A stretch of 59,800 bases of DNA, counting the filler, from Sphacelaria rigidula (lineage: Eukaryota): the NCBI GenBank assembly GCA_964200075.2. It is 7 parts of 7 records of this genome, joined end to end, with 100 filler letters (N's around TTAATTAATTAA, not from the genome) between each part and the next. Parts side by side here need not be neighbours in the genome. Positions count along the whole stretch, not along the records: positions 34,233 to 42,688 come from CAXNAA020011075.1; positions 42,789 to 51,244 come from CAXNAA020011076.1; 5 more parts are not named here. One strand, written 5' to 3'. The position numbers were made by a program, and so were the translations under genes. Of the stretch, positions 37,534 through 48,981 are shown piece after piece (the first letter of the stretch is position 1; the number at the start of each line of letters is the position of its first letter). The notes below the pieces were generated by a model that saw nothing but the letters and a program-made list of their open reading frames with translations, was not told the DNA's origin and did not search any database.

Positions 37534-40126
37534 CTATCGGAGGGAGAACGGAAAATGACACAGTCACGGCAAAGACACGCGCGCACGCCCACACAGCAGC
37601 AGCAGTTACAGCAACATCTAAAAAGTCGAGAATGCGTAATGTCATGTTCATCAAAGCCGGTAAAAACTCGCATCTGCTTGTCGGACTTGTCTTGGCAGCA
37701 CACGCGACGAATTCATCAGCAAGCGTACCCAACTGCGGAATATCTTCGCCGTGTGCAGGACACAATATTTCTGCCGTGAACATTTCGATATGTCACATGT
37801 CTCGCCTCGCAGAAGAGAAAATAGATGACGGCTGATGGTGCTCCCGCCATCTCTTCGTCGCCATGAGGCACTGAAATCGCCTCTTTGAACGAGTACGGGA
37901 ATAACGAGTAACAATAACGTGAAGGGTCGCTGGTTCGCCATGGTGTGTGAAATGTAAAGTCTTGACCACCTTTCGCACCGTCCGATTAACCTCGCGCTCA
38001 GGTCTCCTTCACACAGTTCCAACTATGAAATATGCCGCACTACTGTACAGAAGATCGACGGGAGGGTGTAGCTGTTGACGAGTCGGCAACGAACAGCTGT
38101 CTTCGAAAGGACGGACCACTTCCGACACGGGGCTCCCCTGTGCACTATTTTGGGGGTGAATGGTGGCCGATTTTGGGCACTATATTTCGGGAAAGTGTGC
38201 ATCGACACCCGTCTACAGAAAAATGAAGCTTGAGTGTATCGATCAGTATATCAATTACAACTATACCCGTCACCCCGAAATGACGACCTGTCCTCTGTGA
38301 TATGTACTCTAAAAATAGTACACTGCTGTAACAAACCCGTGACAGACTTTGCTGCAGATCTTCACACAGGGTTACAACAGGAGAGTAGAAGCTGCTGCTT
38401 GTATTGTTGTGCCCCTCTTGTTGCGGAACATTGCTGTGCAAATCTTTCAAAGCGGGTATCTCGGCAAACCAAGCAGAGGATTGGACTGCCGTTTGTTGTG
38501 TGCTCTTCGTGCAAACTACTCCTTACTGGGTTTTGGTATGCGAACGTCTTTTTTGGGTGAGTTTCACGTCAAGGCGAGAAGAGCTGTATGAGATTTTCGA
38601 GTTTCTCGACCAAACTTTATACCTGTGTTCCTTAGACTATCCCGGGAGGCATCATGTTATTTTCTTCTTTTGAGGCATTCTGTACCGCCTTCCGTGGATC
38701 TTTAACCTGGGACCCCCTGGAAGCCGGTACAGGACAGATAAACTTCGAAATCTTGCCAAGAATACAATTTTTCCATTTGGAGCATCAACACCTACGGAAC
38801 TGCCAAGTTTGAGGATGATCTGAGCTTTTCTACAATAGATGTGAGGGGTATCGTCACGAAGCTCCGAATCTTTCGTACGTATCATGAGTGAAAATTAGAC
38901 GACGCCAAAACCATTTATCACCGAAACAGTACGCTTCCCGGCATGATTCGACCCCCTTTGTAACCATTTTCAATTATATGTCTCCCGTTAGATTCCGGAG
39001 CTGACGGAGGTTACGACGAGTTGAGGCATGTGGAGATTTAGTGGAAATAAGGGTTGGGGTTCGAGTTTTCAAATTCAGAACAGCTTGAATGACACTGATT
39101 GATCGAGACACTTGTTCTCCACATCGCCACCGCTTAAGCCTTACCACACAAAAATCCGGGAATGTCACCCTCTGTGTCTGTTGATTGCGGTCAGTATGAT
39201 GACATGTGTGACTATTGGGTGCGTATTGCGGAAGCCATTCGCTGATGACAGAATTTGGGGTCCTTCGTGTGAAACAGCCTGTATCGGGCAAGGGTATGAA
39301 AGTCTTGCAGACTTTACAGAACTGTCGGGTACCGGTATGAAAGTGTCAGGTACGTGAAATACCCGGGGAATTACCCCAGGTATACAGAAAACCGTACCCT
39401 ACAGGACACAACCTTGAAATATTTTTTCATGGTTTCTGTTCACTTGCAGCGCTGAAGCGACTCGAACAACTGGATTTCATTCGGTGTCATCCCAACAAGC
39501 GCGAAAGTGCACAGGTTCAAAAATCGACATTTCAATGGGATGAATGGTGCCGGAACGCTACGGATGTACGAGTATAATGGCACAAAGGTCGGTCTATTTC
39601 TGGACGAGGCACACATCTCTTCAATCGACTCCAGGGGATTTCACATGAGACAGCGTGCGCACACGGATCCAGCGCCCAGAACGTGAGTAAAAAACCCTCG
39701 AAGAATGCTGAAACCGATCGTGGACAACATACAGAGATGCGACATCGTGTTCAGTGTGCGAAAATCTCGACACTTCCTCGTTAATACGAGGACAAAAGGT
39801 AATTTTCCTCGCGACTTTGGGCTGAACTGCTCACGTTGTGCTCACATATTGGACTGAATGGACATGTATAAAACCGGAATATCCGACTGGATTAGAATAC
39901 ATGAGGATTCCAAAAACACCAAAGTACCCAAACTCCCCAGGTCATCATCGTCGCAAGAGTAAACTCAACTAATCTTGCTCGCTGCGGGACAAAGTGAGAA
40001 TAAAGTACACTCAGACTATCAAACGGATGGAATACGACCATGAACACAGACGACCTACTTCTGCACCAATTCCAACTGTTATATGATCACAGAGAAAAAA
40101 AAATCGGCTACGTCTCCCGAACTCAC

Positions 40127-40288
40127 CCATGAGCGCGACGATGGTCGGGCGGAATCGCTTCCCGTGCCGCTTCTCGAAAAAGTGCTTCGCGGCCATGGAC
40201 AGCACCGGGTGCTCCGATTCCACCAGCTCCTTAATATTGTCCGTGAACGGCGATAAATCCTTCGTCACATAATTAAACGGGTCCACGG
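40127..40288 (-). CDS. SPS: Solanesyl diphosphate synthase-like, exon 2
   Basis: VDPFNYVTKDL...HPVLSMAAKHFFEKRHGKRFRPTIVALM (GKRxRP motif); acceptor gcgtag|, donor G|GTGAGT; 162 nt, phase 1-1. Confidence 0.92.
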
Positions 40289-42083
40289 CTACGCGCGTGT
40301 GAAGCAACGTAGGAGGGAGGGGACACGGCGGGTTTTTCTTGAATCCAATTATTCAACAGCATGACGGATCAGTCATGCGTACGAACCATAGCTATCAGCT
40401 CATCGAGTAAGCTCTGGTATGACTTCATCGACACTGTCTTCCGCGAGAACGTCGTTTGGACTCTCATTCGTTCCCTCGCCTTGCAAGTGCAGATGCAAAG
40501 GAGGTATGAAATTCTCGAGGGTAGATGATTTCCGGTTTTGCAATCACCGGGCAAATAAAATATAGAGAATAAAAGGAGGGGGGGATATCCTCTGATCCTG
40601 TAAAGGGGGGAAGGACATAAGTCGACCATTCTGCCTCAGAATGGGGAAAGAAGACGAATGCTGAATGCTGCTGCTCATCTTACGAACACAATATATCGGC
40701 TATCTTCGGGAGTCTTCACGGAAGGTGTTTCAGTGCTTTAGACAAAAGAAGTGAGCTCACGATGCAGAGGGGAAAATACGTGGTGGATGGGGTTCGTGGT
40801 GACGTTTACGTCGTTTATTTCTCAACGTATACAGCACTGCAGTACAGTACCGGACAATACAGTACAGTCGTACGGGGGGCAGAAACAAGTGGGACTGAGG
40901 GCGATTCTATGAAACCGTGTTTCGAAGTGTTTCGAGGGTGCTTGATCTTATTTCTAAGCTTGCGCTGGACAACTCAACAGCTGCAGATATATTCCTAGTA
41001 GCCGTTGAGGGCCTTGACCGCCCATTTCACCTGTTGAATCGGCATCACATTTACTTGAAATTTGACTGTCACGCTCATGTACCCAATCACAGCGCTCGTC
41101 AGCGAGTGCGAGGATGCAGGCTTTCACCGTTCAAACTCATGGGACGGCGCGGTTGAGAATACGCGCGCGAGGGGGGGGTAGGGGGGGGGACTCATTTGTT
41201 GCTTGCCTTAGTCGTTTGACCATTGACCACGACTCCCTTTCGGGGGGGGGGCGGGGGGGCACTAAATCTGTACTTTGCATTGGGAGAGGGAAGGTACACG
41301 GGGGAAAGTTACAGTGGGGTGAAGAGTAGAGCACGACCACCGATCCAACATTAAAACAACTTACATAGTTTCTGTAGGAGGGATACGTTCTGCACATATA
41401 CACACACATACGTGGCATCACAAAGTTTGAAAATTTAAAAAATGCGGACAAAAGTCAGACACACATGGCTCTAATGCTGGAACTCCTCATCACGGTACAT
41501 GATGACGCAGCCGGGGAAGGCAAGCGCGGGAAAGGGAGAGAGGGAGGGGGCGGGGGGGGGGGCGGGGGGGGAGGAGGTTTCACGATGATGTGGCAGTCCA
41601 CAACGCATGAGGTACATGTCCAAGGATGAAATGTCTCGGGAAAAGTCTTCCAACACGTAGTAGTATGAACAGATGTTCTTACAGACGTGGTGTGCCGTCA
41701 GCCACGTAGACGCCGATGATTCCCGCTAGGTCGTAGCTAACCCACCAGAAAAATTCCAAGTAGGTCGAAACCTAGATACGAGACATGGCGACACATACTG
41801 GGCATGCCGTGGGAACACATGAAAAGTCCTCATGATGAATTTGTAGCTGACTCTTCAAACTAATTTTCCTCGATAGAAGTCAAGTACCACTGTACATACA
41901 TCCAAAGAAACGGAAAAAACATGGCGCTGCAGTTCTTGTGCCGTAGTTCAACTTCGCCAAACGACTCAGACACCGATGTAGGGTACAAATAGTCCGCACA
42001 GTGAAGGGTACAGAGCCTGCTCACGCCCCCGCCTCCGCCCCTCCCCGAACCGCCAGTCGCTCGCCAACCGAGAACCAACTCAC

Positions 42084-42510
42084 CATAAGGGGCTTTCCCG
42101 TGAACATCAAGATCAACGTCGTCGCTTCTACGCGCCGTTTCCTGAGCGGTGGGTGGGGGTACGGTGTCGAACAATCGATATGCGGGCTTCAGATCCAAGT
42201 TCGACAGCAACGTAGATCGGTGGACCTTTCCGCCGCGCCGCACCCCCCCATCGCTGCTGCGGCCGCCGGCAGCGCCTGCGCAGGCGCGCCGCGACGCCCA
42301 ATTCCTACCGAATACCGAGCTCCGCGCGTCCCGTGGACAAACAGGCGCGCGCGGTGCGTTGTTCGACGTTACGCCCAGGTGCCCGGCGGCGGAACGTCGC
42401 CACAAGGCACCCTGTTCAAAAGAAGGGGCCGACAGGAAAGCGGTGCTGCCCACGGCAGCTACACCGCAGCAGGCTACGCCTACCGCCGTGCGTATCGCTA
42501 CAGGCTTCAT
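42084..42510 (-). CDS. SPS: Solanesyl diphosphate synthase-like, exon 1 (bipartite plastid-targeting presequence)
   Basis: MKPVAIRTAVGVACCGVAAVGSTA-FLSAP: hydrophobic signal plus ASAFAP-like motif plus R/S/A-rich transit peptide. Donor TATG|GTGAGT is in phase with exon 2. Confidence 0.8.
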
Positions 42511-42570
42511 TGTCAGCCAGGTGGGTTAGGGGGATAGAGGTGGCGGGTGTGTGTGTGTGTGGGGGGGGGT

Positions 42571-42609
<39 letters not shown>
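42571..42609. repeat. (TA)n microsatellite upstream of the SPS start codon
   Basis: Direct reading. Confidence 0.95.
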
Positions 42610-42612
<3 letters not shown>

Positions 42613-42688
42613 AAGGTCGACTCGAGCGCTGGATTGTTTCTTCACGGAAGATGTGGGCAGAGGTGTGGCGGGTCGGAGCAGGCCTGTG

Positions 42689-42788
42689 NNNNNNNNNNNN
42701 NNNNNNNNNNNNNNNNNNNNNNNNNNNNNNNNTTAATTAATTAANNNNNNNNNNNNNNNNNNNNNNNNNNNNNNNNNNNNNNNNNNNN
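42689..42788. other. Artificial contig spacer
   Basis: N44-TTAATTAATTAA-N44. Confidence 0.99.
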
Positions 42789-43194
42789 AAACACGTTCTC
42801 ATTTTTCTGGCAACCCTGTTAGAAATGGGACAACACACACACTGACTAGACAGACTACACAGGCCGTCAATCCAGCTCGTGGTGATTCGTCTCTGCGTGT
42901 TCTGCTCTCACCGTACTGCTTCGCTCTATACTCCCTCGCAACACACTCCCGGACGACGCAATTTCCTTTTCGGCATGGATGATGTTGACCAAACATCAAG
43001 GTTTGATTTTGATTTGATAGTACGTATACTTTCATGCGTTGTGTCAGGTTAGCCGCAGGCAATCGTCGCTTCCCGAGTGACATATTCCATGCCGGCTCTA
43101 CTGTCCGTGGGTGGATTCATAATTAGTTCGTTGGACGAGCGAGTCTATGCACCAGTGTCGTGTAAAAATGGTTATACTCTGGCAGTAGGTTGCG

Positions 43195-44087
43195 TCAACC
43201 CTTGGACCGCGATGCGGGTAGTCCAGCTGGATCACGCATACGCTTTTCAAGTGAAAATTGATGCCGATTCAGTAGGTGACCTACCCTCTTCGCGGTCCAA
43301 GGATTAAGCCTTAACCCTCAGACCGTGAGGTTAGTCTTCTGTTGAATCGGCATCAATTTCAAGCGAAAAACAGTATGCATGATCCAGAAAGACTAATCTC
43401 GTGGTCTAAGGGTTAAACCGCGATGCTGGTGGTCCATCTGGATCACATATACGTCGTTCATGTGAAATTAACTCCGATTCAGCAAGTGGCCGACCCTCAT
43501 CGCGGTCAAATGGTTAACCCTTAGACGAAGGGCTAACCCTTAGACAAAGGGTTAACACTTAGGTCGCGGTGCGGATAGTCCATCTAGATCACGCATACGC
43601 TTTTCAAGTGAAAATCGATGCCGATTCAGCTGGTGACCTACCCTCCTCGCGGTCCAAGGGTTAGCCCTTAGACCGCGATGCTGGTGGTCCATCTGAATCA
43701 CGCATACTTTTCTCAAGTGAATATTGATGCCGATTCAGCAGGTGACCTACCTTCGCGGTTGAAGGGCTGACCCTTAGACCGCGATGCTGGTGGCTCATCT
43801 GGATCACGGATACTTTTTTCATGTGAATATTGATGCCGATTCAGCAGGTGACCTACCCTCGCGGTCAAAGCGTTAACCCTTAGACCGCGATGCTGGCGGT
43901 CCATCTGGATTACGAATACTTTTTTCATGTGAATATTGTTGCCAAGTCAGCAGGTAATATACACTCGCGGTCAAGATGTCAACCCTCCCACCGCGAGGGT
44001 AGGTCACCAGTGGGATCGTCATCAATTTCACTTGAAAAAATTATGCGTGATCCAGACGGACCACCCGCATCACGGTCTAATGGCTAT
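43195..44087. mobile_element. Array of eight piggyBac-like MITEs (about 100 bp each) plus two 15-bp mini-units, separated by TTAA-like tetramers
   Basis: Units CCCTTAGACCGCGA...TCGCGGTCYAAGGG start at 43199(+), 43315(-), 43417(+, truncated), 43556(+), 43665(+), 43771(+), 43877(+) and 43983(-). Junctions read TTAA, TTAG, CTGA or TCAA. Confidence 0.85.
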
Positions 44088-44096
44088 TCATGAATA

Positions 44097-44250
44097 CAAC
44101 CTCGCCCCGGTGGCTCAGTCGGTAACCTCGAAACCATCTCACGGTTGGGGTCGTGGGTTCGAATCTTGGAGCGGTCTGGGATTTTTTCTCACACCACGCC
44201 CAACAGTGGAGAGCGAATATGTCGTGGGGGGGGAAATCGGTTGTATCTCC
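44097..44250 (+). mobile_element. tRNA-derived SINE, 5' part
   Basis: GCCCCGGTGGCTCAGTCGG (A box) and GGGTTCGAATCT (B box), followed by the SINE body. Confidence 0.8.
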
Positions 44251-44950
44251 ACCATGACGTATCAAGCGAGGGAGAACACTCCGACGCGGAATTGACGGTG
44301 GCGGGTGCAGCATGTACAGCACGGGTGACCGCGCCACTCATGGTGTAGAGTTGCGCGTAACCCTAAGCCTACTGCTTCACTGCTGTGCTGTGCGGCGTGC
44401 GGTCTGTTGTGTGCTGCTACTGCCATGTGTGGACAATACTGTCTGGATCTGCTCTAGTCGTGTATCGTCGGCTTGAGTAGGTCCATTATTTGCTCCCGCA
44501 CGCCACAGGCAAAAAGATGACATTACACAACGAAAACGCCTCATTTATTTTCGTAAATACAACATACCAACTCTTTCATGGTGGTGTACAACCCTAATCT
44601 GGAAAAAAATGCTTCTCGATCAGACTGAATACTGGTCGTTGTTGGGGCAATCAATTTTCAAAAGTGGTTTTTATCCGTCATCGGTGTGTTGTAGCAAATG
44701 TGCGGAGAAGGAAAGATCCAATGCCGCTGATACCTGCAGCACTGCTGCCACGCGCGTCAGCCGTGGCTTACCACTAGTTGGTATCATCACCATATTGCTA
44801 TGTGGGAGCTCGAGGGATGGAGAACTGTTTGGCCGGCAGGGGATGAACACAATTTGATCAAAGGTGCTCACACAAAACGTCTTTTTTAGCACGGATATAT
44901 GGAAGATAACACAACAACAATACAGTAAGTGCAATGTGAAAACAACACAC

Positions 44951-45053
44951 CTCCTCCTCCTTATCAGCGAGCTCCCTCTTGGCCTCGCTGCTCGTGACCA
45001 GCTTCAAGCGCCAGAGGTCATCGTAAGATTTGTGCACAGTGCGGGCGACGCCC
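44951..45053 (-). CDS. Candidate exon (GVARTVHKSYDDLWRLKLVTSSEAKRELADKEEE), product unknown
   Basis: Donor GAG|GTGTGT and GC3-rich codons; weak acceptor. Another exon-like block lies at about 45670-45900. Confidence 0.45.
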
Positions 45054-45996
45054 CTCCGACGCACGGGTTATTTCGCGAACACGGCGCACGCCCTCCACCT
45101 TTCCATCCACCTCCAATGCTAGATGATCACGGTAGCGCACGCTTTATTTTATTTTATTTTATTTTATTCAGGCCACCATCCCCACCATTCCCAAGTCTTG
45201 GGGGTAGTGGCCTCGTGGGTCACACGAGTGAGCTACTTGGCCGAGGCTGTGTTTTTCCTAGTTGCTCGTGTGAGGGGAGGTAGCGATAGACACGGGGGAG
45301 AAGCGAGGGGGGTGTGGCGCCCGTGCGCTGCGCATTTTTTCGGAGTATGATACTCCGGTCGCGGAATGGGCAATGCCTCAATGATCTGGCGTGTCGAAAC
45401 ATCCGTTCCACGAAAACGTTCCCGGAAACATGCAGGGGATGTTATCCTGCTAAATGTTTGTACGCGAGTTCAGAACAAGGACCTACCCTGGTACTCACAG
45501 TGATACTTCTTGTTCCTTTAAGACGGCCGTTTTTCAATCTGCTTGCTTGTAGATTAATCTGTGAGCACGGTGTAGTTTACGAGTCCTGTGTGATATTTTC
45601 GTGCTCACCAACACAAACAAAACAAGAATATAACTAAACACTTTCATTAATATATACGGCAAAAATGGATACTTTCGGGAACAGCTCTGTAATTATGTGA
45701 ACAACCCCATATATGGTCGCCTCTTTTTTCTCCCTAGCAGGTCCAGATTCTCCGTCCTTCAGTGTATCCACGACGTCCATTAAGCCGGAAAAATCTGTTT
45801 TCATTTCAACACCATCTCTCAACGACCCGCATATCTTCAAGCGTTCCTCGTTCTCCCCGGGGGTTGATTCAGTGTAACGGACCGCGGCGCCGAGCCAGGA
45901 GGGGCATACGACGATAAAATGAAGGCCAAGACTCTCCAAGTAGCCGACCTTGAGGGCCGAACGAGAGGCCGCGGTATGCGGATCGTTTAGGGGGGA

Positions 45997-46460
45997 TGAA
46001 AACGGTTCAAGAGACGGGATTTTACAAATTGGGGATGGACCTTTTACTGGGGACGAAAACCCGGAGGATCAAAATCTTCGTATCCACACCGAATCTTCCG
46101 AGTATGCTTCATTTTCATTTTTTCACCTGCTGTTAGCTATTGACAATTACTACGCGTCATACAAATTTGCATCTCGATAACCGCCATGTCGGGGTCCTAG
46201 GTAAAAAAACAATTTTGGTGTCCGACCGGACACCAAATATCCCCCCAAAATGGTTTTTCACCTAGGACCCCGAAATCTCGGCTATCGAAGTCCCAATTCA
46301 CATGGCGTGTAGTAGTTGTCAATAGCTACCAGCAAGTGAAGAAATGGAAACATACTTCGAATATTTGGTGTGGGTACGAAGATTTTATCCTCCGGGTTTT
46401 CATCCCCAATAAAATATCCATCCCCAATTACAAAAATCCCGTTTTTTAAGCGTTTCATGG
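45997..46460. repeat. Long fold-back element (arms about 210 bp), family of 7255-7522
   Basis: The symmetry continues inward to tcggggtcctaggt / acctaggaccccga. Confidence 0.85.
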
Positions 46461-47019
46461 TCATTTCAAAAACACGCTTCGTTACGATAGCCTGATTTCG
46501 ATTTTTGTTCTGGAACCGGGTACTGAGGGAAAACCCCACCCTGAGAGCAGAGGGAAGTGATCGACCCGAGAACGCCGTGAAAAACTCTCAACAAAGCCTG
46601 AGACCAACCTTTTGCCGTGTTTGAAGACAAACTACATTGCAACGAGCGGAATACCTGGTCTGGGGCGAAAGTGCGATCGAAGCACGAGTTGTTCATTGTT
46701 TCGACTAACTGATAAATCGGCCAGGTAAGTCATCATCTCAACCACGGTATGATATATTATAATATGTGTCAAGATTGTCAGGTTCAGATACATGCCGCCG
46801 ATCACGCTGCTCTTGAGAGTTTCTTGCAACCTTCAGGGCAGAGATGGTAGCTCACAAAAACGTGTCGCAATGTTGGATTACGATACTGCACAGGCTAGTC
46901 GTCAACATTGCGTGATACACGTTCGTATCTTTTTCCGCGCATTCATATATACCTTCAGGTTGGCCAGCGCCAGTAGGTGTACCCGAATAAGCTGCCACAA
47001 GAGCACAGACAAGTTGCTC

Positions 47020-47450
47020 ACACATTGCAGTGCATGAGAATAATAAGGGAGCAAAGGCACTGGAAGAGGATCCCCCAAGCTCGTCCAGTAGTAAACATAT
47101 CGATGGACGCCATCATTTTCTTCGTGGATAAATGAGCACTTGAGATATCACTGTAGATCACATTGCGAGTAAGGAGCAGTGTGAAGACAATTCACGTCAT
47201 TAGATAGGACAAGCTTTGAGATGCGTCGTGATATCCTTCTTAGTTTGAGGAAGTGACGAGATGTCTGATTTGGAGTGATCTTATTTTCCCGTCAACTCTG
47301 TGGTATCGTGGAGACATAAGGGTTTTCCATCCCTTGCAATGGGTTTCATCGTGTTGTTCCGAGAGACTGATTGATTTGCTCATAATTTGCTTGTATTGCA
47401 ATGTTTAAGCATCGATGGCTTGTTGGAAACAGAAGAGTCAGGGAGAGTGT
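47020..47450 (+). pseudogene. Ty1/Copia RNase H C-terminal relic, 3' UTR and PPT
   Basis: HENNKGAKALEEDP.SSSSKHIDGRHHFLR matches the Copia EDNQGAI..NP....SKHIDVRYHF motif. PPT-like gaagagtcagggagag followed by TG near 47432-47449. Confidence 0.75.
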
Positions 47451-47734
47451 CCATTTTCCTAATGAATACGCCGGGTATTCCTGTTTCGGAAGTCAAGATG
47501 AACATTTCGGCGTGGACGTGATTGGTTGAGAGTATCTCGAACACTAATATTCTGACAAAGATCTTCGGACTGAAATCCCTTGGTACAGCAGCACGTGGCT
47601 GCTCCCCCTTGGCCTTTATCTCCGCCACAAACTTGGCACCCGAAGATGCGCCGAAGAGAGCGACGCCCTCTTCGGCGTATCTTTGGGCGCCAAGTTCGTG
47701 GCGGACCTACAGGCCAAGGGGGGGAAACCATGTG

Positions 47735-48760
47735 CTGCTGTACCAGGGGATTTCAGTGGAGAGATCTGTGTCAGAATGTCAGTGTTCGAGGCACTTTGAA
47801 CAAAAAACGTCGACGCCAAAATGTTCATCGTGACTCCGGATACAGGAATACCTGGCGTATCGGCAAGAAAAATGGCCGTTGAAATCGAGCGCTCCTACCT
47901 TTATGTCATTGACAGCGACTTGGATGACAGATAAACAGCCGACCTACCTTGTGAGTTCCCCAAACCAAAATTTGAATAAAGGAAATGCACCATCAAAAGA
48001 TCTTTCTCGCGAGGAACCCTCGACTTTACATGGCATACATCACGTGGCGACATAGTAAACCATGAACACCTGAATTCCCCGACCCGCCAGCTACACGATT
48101 ACTATCATCATTTGATAGTCCACCTCTCCTTACAGATATCACGTCCGAAGCGGGAAGGGCACTGCTGTGTGGGACTCCTCGATCTCCAGCAGCGGTCTCC
48201 AACCGACTGCTGGCGGCGGCAGCCTCCGCGCCGCCTGCCTCAATCTTCTTTGCGCCAGCAGGGCCTATCGCCAGCGGCGCTGGGCGTCATTGCGAGACTC
48301 AACAACTCGCGGAGCAGAGCATTGTTTTTCTGTTAACGCTCTTTAGACGCCTTGAACTTTTCCATGGGCTCAACCACCTGGATCTCCAGAACACTCGTTT
48401 CTGGACGAGTGCCATCTTCGGCCATAGCACTCTACTATTATAGATTATAGACGGCACGACGCTATAGCATATTCGATGTCTCGTGTAGACGGGATTTCGT
48501 TGACAACGTGTCCTCTGCAGGTCGTGTAGTTGGATATGCTTGTATTACTTGCTTAGGTCGAGGGATGAGGCGATAAGGCAGGAGTTTGGGGAGAACACAT
48601 AGCCAGTCCTCAACGCAGATAAATGGATTTCTCTAGTTGCCTCGCCTGTGGGTTTCATCGCTATGTAACCGTCACAAAGCGATGTTTGTAAGATAAAACA
48701 AGCCAAGCGAACATGCGCTACGCGGATGTGTTTATCGTTAAGAACGTGTGCATCCCAAAG
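47735..48760 (-). mobile_element. Inverted copy of the Copia LTR and gag 5' region
   Basis: The reverse complement is colinear with 48990-49975; the gag ATG is at 48425 (MAEDGTRPETSVLEIQVVE). Confidence 0.85.
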
Positions 48761-48981
48761 TCTGCAGCCACCCCGAACCCGCAGGCCACACCCTTGGGCT
48801 CGTATAATAGTGTGCGTTTGAAGTGTGTGCATCTTACTGGCTATGAGCGTTGTGAGAATGTACTGCTAACTGCGCTTATACTCTGTGCGTTTATCTTATC
48901 TGCGCTGTCCTGCAATGTGCTGCTCCGAACTTTATGTAACTAATCTTAAGCCTGAACCCATATCTATGGCCCCGTAGTGTG

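Noticed and set aside
42001..42537. 178-aa and 126-aa plus-strand ORFs
   Set aside because: They are antisense shadows of the GC-rich SPS exon 1.
43195..44087. CRISPR-like array
   Set aside because: There are no unique spacers. Whole units are homologous, carry TIRs and occur in both orientations, no cas genes are present, and the context is eukaryotic.
44097..44175. tRNA gene
   Set aside because: A and B boxes are present, but there is no acceptor stem closure and the sequence continues into a repeated SINE body.
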